In this document: positions 23,117-26,967 of the stretch, one piece after another
Layout: every line of letters starts with the position of its first letter
Numbering within the stretch: the stretch's first letter is position 1
Source of the DNA: a virus
Lineage: Duplodnaviria > Caudoviricetes
Strand: one strand, 5' to 3'
IMG/VR virus record: IMGVR_UViG_3300032243_001851
Span: 1 to 26,967 of that record
DNA: 26,967 bases
Program-made: the position numbers and the translations under genes
Notes under the pieces: generated by a model
Database searches by the model: none
The model's input: the letters and a program-made list of their open reading frames with translations, nothing else
What the model was told of the DNA's origin: nothing

Positions 23117-23428
23117 ATGGCACACTATGCATTTTTAGACGGGAACAATATTGTAACCGAAGTTATTGTTGGTAGAGATGAGGGAGAATTAGGAATTGAT
23201 TGGGAAAAATATTATGGTGATTTCAGAGGGCAAGTTTGTAAAAGAACCAGCTATAACACTTACGCTAATACTCATAAGAGCGGTGGAACTCCTTATAGGG
23301 GTAATTATGCTGGTATTGGGTTTTATTATGATGCTAATTTAGACGCTTTTATTCCACCACAACCATCCGAAACAGTCGTTTTAGACCCCTCCACATTCAC
23401 ATGGACAGATACATCAAATAATAGCTAA
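23117..23428 (+). CDS. conserved phage protein accompanying glycine-rich fibres
   Basis: MAHYA..D.NN.V..VIV...RTSYN...R.NYAGIG..YD...DAFIPP.P. Confidence 0.7.
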   Translation: MAHYAFLDGNNIVTEVIVGRDEGELGIDWEKYYGDFRGQVCKRTSYNTYANTHKSGGTPYRGNYAGIGFYYDANLDAFIPPQPSETVVLDPSTFTWTDTSNNS

Positions 23429-23485
23429 TATTTAGGTGTATTCTTAAGTATATAAAATTTTAAACTAATTCAATGGGGCATTATT

Positions 23486-24010
23486 ATGTCATGGCAAAAC
23501 CACCTAATTTCTGTAGTTCGCGTTCTAATTAATGATATGGATGCTCCATATGATTATAGTGACGAAAGAATGCAACAGGTTATAGCAGTAGCTGCCAAAT
23601 ATGTACAATTTGATGTTAATTTAACAACTACTTATAATATTAATGTGGTTGAACCTAGTATCACTCCAGACCCCGCAGATACTAAAGATGAAGTATTTTT
23701 AAGTTTTGTGGGACTTAAAGCTGCTTGTATTTTTGATCAAGGCACTTTTAGAACTAAAGCTGCAATGGAGGGTATTAGAACCTCTTTAGGATCAGCATCA
23801 TTACAAATGGGCGGCAGTTTAGTTGGTTGGCAGTCAATATTAGACCACGGGGCTTGTGCATTATATGAACAACTAACCTCTCATTGGGATATTAGAAATG
23901 CTACAGCATGGGCTGCTATTCTTAGTCCATTCGTTAATAATAAATTTGATCCAAGATATCTTAATGTGGGTCCATTTAGAAATGTTGGTAATAATGACTT
24001 TTATTCATGA
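23486..24010 (+). CDS. putative head-tail adaptor
   Basis: VRVLIND....YDYSDE pattern; position. Confidence 0.55.
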   Translation: MSWQNHLISVVRVLINDMDAPYDYSDERMQQVIAVAAKYVQFDVNLTTTYNINVVEPSITPDPADTKDEVFLSFVGLKAACIFDQGTFRTKAAMEGIRTSLGSASLQMGGSLVGWQSILDHGACALYEQLTSHWDIRNATAWAAILSPFVNNKFDPRYLNVGPFRNVGNNDFYS

Positions 24011-24018
24011 GATAAACT

Positions 24019-24528
24019 ATGTCTATTAATTTTCCTAATTTACAAACTATATATAATCAACAAATGGATATGGTTTTATCTCAGACCGGTCTTACCACAG
24101 AATGTCAATTAAATTTTGGTATTACTCAGAAAAATATTTGTCCTAATTGTATTTTTGATGCTAACTTAAAAAAATCTGCTAATAAATACAAAAGCGGCGG
24201 CCCAATTAATTTTCCTCTTGGTCAACTATGTCCATACTGTAATGGTGTTGGTTATTATGGTGAAGAAACAACTAAAACTATTTATTTAGCTATTATATCT
24301 GATAGTAAAAAATGGATTAATCCACCCATTAATATTGCTATACCAGACGGATCTATACAATCTATTTGTTCTAATATTTATTATGATGATATTATTAAAT
24401 CTAAAAGTTTAACTGTACTATACTATGGTTCTAAAAGAAGCAATCCTTCATATTCTCTATACAGCGACCCCAACCATATTGGTTTGGGTGATAATAATTA
24501 TATTAGTGCAATCTGGAAAAATATATGA
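24019..24528 (+). CDS. putative head-closure protein with Zn-finger insert
   Basis: CPNC and CPYCNGVGY; position in the neck module. Confidence 0.5.
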   Translation: MSINFPNLQTIYNQQMDMVLSQTGLTTECQLNFGITQKNICPNCIFDANLKKSANKYKSGGPINFPLGQLCPYCNGVGYYGEETTKTIYLAIISDSKKWINPPINIAIPDGSIQSICSNIYYDDIIKSKSLTVLYYGSKRSNPSYSLYSDPNHIGLGDNNYISAIWKNI

Positions 24529-25160
24529 GACTCTCATTAAGTTTGGTTGAAAGCAACAGCGAAATTCAACAGCGTATACTACAAGCGTTATTACCGGCCT
24601 GTGCAGATTATATGAATAAGGGAGTTAGTATAATTAAAACAGAACTACCTCTTATTATTTTTAATGCTATTAGTCAAACTCCAGAATATTTATCTTTAGT
24701 TAGCGGAAAATTAAGATTAGAATTAGGTATTCCAGAAGCACAATCAAAAGTATTAAGTATAGTACAACAATGGTCTTATAATATAGTTTATAATTATCAA
24801 AGTCCTGCGATTTCTGGTAATAGAATTAAGTCGTCTTTTAGTGCTAATGCTATTAAGGCTGATTTTTCTGATGTATTAAGTTCTTATGATGCTGAAGTGA
24901 TTGATAATAGTGGATATAAGTTGCCATGGTTAAGATGGTTATTATTAGAAGGTAATGTTCCTTTAGTTAAAAGACATGATGTGCTTATAGGTCCTAATAG
25001 TAGGTCTCGTACAGGTTTTGCAGTAATGACTCAATCAAATAATGATTGGCATGTTCCACCAGAGTTTGCTGGTACAGAGTCGGATAACTGGATTACCAGA
25101 GCTATAGAAAGCTCTCAAAATGAAATTAATAATTTATTAAATAAGGCATTTTCTCCATGA
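24525..25160 (+). CDS. putative neck/tail completion protein
   Basis: Position; coupled ORF. Confidence 0.45.
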   Translation: MRLSLSLVESNSEIQQRILQALLPACADYMNKGVSIIKTELPLIIFNAISQTPEYLSLVSGKLRLELGIPEAQSKVLSIVQQWSYNIVYNYQSPAISGNRIKSSFSANAIKADFSDVLSSYDAEVIDNSGYKLPWLRWLLLEGNVPLVKRHDVLIGPNSRSRTGFAVMTQSNNDWHVPPEFAGTESDNWITRAIESSQNEINNLLNKAFSP

Positions 25161-26119
25161 GCATATGTAATAATAACACTCAATTTAAGGGCGTTGACAA
25201 TATCTCTCAGGAGCTATTGCTCAATATTCTAGAGTCAAATTTTAAAACTTTTTTTGATTGGTCTTTTTTGCAAATAGGAGGATGGTTTGATGCTGTGATA
25301 CCCAATAGTGGCACTATTTATGGCTCTACAAACCCGTTTTATAAATTGATACCTGTGGATGACCCTTCTTATAATAATGGTTCTGTGTGGCAAGGTATTC
25401 GCAAAGATTGGGTGTGGGAGACTGGCGCTTGTTTTAATAGTGGTAATCCTATTAATATTAGTGGCATTTATTTGAATAATACTTTTATACCATATTCTAG
25501 TGGTAATTTTACAATAGACTATCCACAAGGTAGAATTATATTAGACGAATCTGTTAGTATTAAAAGTAATATTAAAATTAATTATAGTTATAGATATGTT
25601 CAAACATATCGGTCTAATGAAAATCCATGGTTTAATATTATTCAATATTCTTCTTTTCAAAACGACAATCCTGATATTAAACAAAATTCAGCCGGAGACT
25701 GGTCTATTGCTGGCAACCACAGAATACAATTACCAGCTATTGTGATAGAATCTATACCACGATCACGATCTCGTCCTTTTGAAGTTGGTAATAATAATTT
25801 GTTATTAGAACAAGATATTGCTTTTTATGTTTTAGCAGAAAATAAGAATGATCGTAATAAAATTTTAGATATTTTAAGATTACAACAAGACTTAACATTC
25901 TGGCTTTATGATACTAATAAATTAGCTCAAGATGACAAATATCCATTAAATTATAATGGAGATTTAAAGAATAATCCACTAATGTATCCTGATATTGTTG
26001 ATCAGTATCCTTGGAGAAAATGTTGGATTAAAAATATTAGCCTATTTGAGTTAGATTCTGTAACACCCAATTTACATAGAGGTTTAGCTAGAGCAACTGT
26101 TGAGATAGTTTCAGCATAA
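25157..26119 (+). CDS. putative tail terminator/completion protein
   Basis: QLPAIVIE motif; immediately upstream of the tail tube gene. Confidence 0.5.
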   Translation: MSICNNNTQFKGVDNISQELLLNILESNFKTFFDWSFLQIGGWFDAVIPNSGTIYGSTNPFYKLIPVDDPSYNNGSVWQGIRKDWVWETGACFNSGNPINISGIYLNNTFIPYSSGNFTIDYPQGRIILDESVSIKSNIKINYSYRYVQTYRSNENPWFNIIQYSSFQNDNPDIKQNSAGDWSIAGNHRIQLPAIVIESIPRSRSRPFEVGNNNLLLEQDIAFYVLAENKNDRNKILDILRLQQDLTFWLYDTNKLAQDDKYPLNYNGDLKNNPLMYPDIVDQYPWRKCWIKNISLFELDSVTPNLHRGLARATVEIVSA

Positions 26120-26215
26120 TTTTTAAAATTTCGTGTATCTTATAATCAGTGCAAAAACTCGTTCAATTTCTTATAATAGTAGCCAACACTCTTTATCAAT
26201 TAATGGAGATTAATT

Positions 26216-26967
26216 ATGGCCAATAATCGTATTTACTATGCAATTCAAAACGTAACACTAGGTCCTGTAGGCTCTTCAACACGAGTTCATGGTCTACAGA
26301 GTGTTGGTATTACAACTAATTTTAATCTAGAACAAGTCTTCGAAATGGGTCAGCTTGCTATCTACCAGAACGTAGAGAACGTACCCAATATTGAAGTTAC
26401 TCTCAGCAAGGTTCTGGACGGATATCCCATTCTCTATGCTTTAGCTACAGAAACAGGTTCAGGTGTTGGTTCAGGTCTTGTTGCTGTTAATCCCACAATT
26501 CCTGGCCGTCAAAATGCTCGTACAGACCTACAACTTGCTATTTATAATGATGCTAATATTAGTGCTAGCGGCACAGCACTAACAGCTGTTACATGCTCTG
26601 GTATGTATGTTAGTTCAGTAAGTTATACTTTCCCAGTTGATGGTAGTTTCAAGGAAGATGTAACACTAGTTGGTAACAATAAAGTTTGGGGAGCCTCAGT
26701 TACAACAGCTTTTGATAACAACGATGCCCCTCTATCATCAACTGGTGTTGCTCGTCGTCAATATCTAAATATGGCAGCTTGCAGATTCCCAACTCAAATT
26801 CCAGGTATTGATGGAGATGGTATTAATCAACAAATCGGCAGCGGTAGCGGCTATGCGACCCACTTTCAAAATGTAAGTGTAAAGTGCGACTTTGGTCGTG
26901 AAGCACAGCAAGAACTAGGTACTTTTGCCCCTTATCATCGTTATGTTAAGTTTCCTGTTGAAGTTAC
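26216..26967 (+). CDS. major tail (tube) protein, truncated by the window end
   Basis: Hand-translated MANNRIYYAIQNVTLG...VHGLQSVGITTNFNLEQVFEMGQLAIYQNVE; GGAG SD; not in the track. Confidence 0.7.
   Translation, partial: MANNRIYYAIQNVTLGPVGSSTRVHGLQSVGITTNFNLEQVFEMGQLAIYQNVENVPNIEVTLSKVLDGYPILYALATETGSGVGSGLVAVNPTIPGRQNARTDLQLAIYNDANISASGTALTAVTCSGMYVSSVSYTFPVDGSFKEDVTLVGNNKVWGASVTTAFDNNDAPLSSTGVARRQYLNMAACRFPTQIPGIDGDGINQQIGSGSGYATHFQNVSVKCDFGREAQQELGTFAPYHRYVKFPVEV

Noticed and set aside
8719-25528. Minus-strand and alternate-frame ORFs within late genes
   Set aside because: They overlap well-supported genes and have antisense-type composition.
8055-26967. Stop-codon reassignment
   Set aside because: Genes are intact and tightly packed under the standard code, with TAA, TAG and TGA all used as stops.

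Overview
Segment of a large tailed-phage (Caudoviricetes) genome. The host is probably a planctomycete, inferred from a subtilase carrying the planctomycete 'ESLE.R.LS' N-terminal signature. Positions 1-6270 form an accessory/early region of about 19 small minus-strand genes with 13 sigma70-type promoters. It is punctuated by six copies of a composite intergenic element: two 29-bp imperfect palindromes always exactly 53 bp apart. In five copies a consensus sigma54 (-24/-12) box pointing against the genes precedes them. Positions 6374-7974 hold a subtilisin-like protease and a small HTH protein. From 8055 to the end is an AT-rich plus-strand late region: sigma-factor-like protein, HNH and ERCC4-type nucleases, large terminase, portal, protease with a nested scaffold, decoration protein, major capsid, three Mtd-N-type fibre proteins with a glycine-rich cassette, neck genes and a truncated tail tube gene. 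A recurring GTGTAT box precedes late transcription units. The sigma54-box/phased-palindrome cassette array is the best candidate for an undescribed system. All calls come from manual motif reading; no searches were run.
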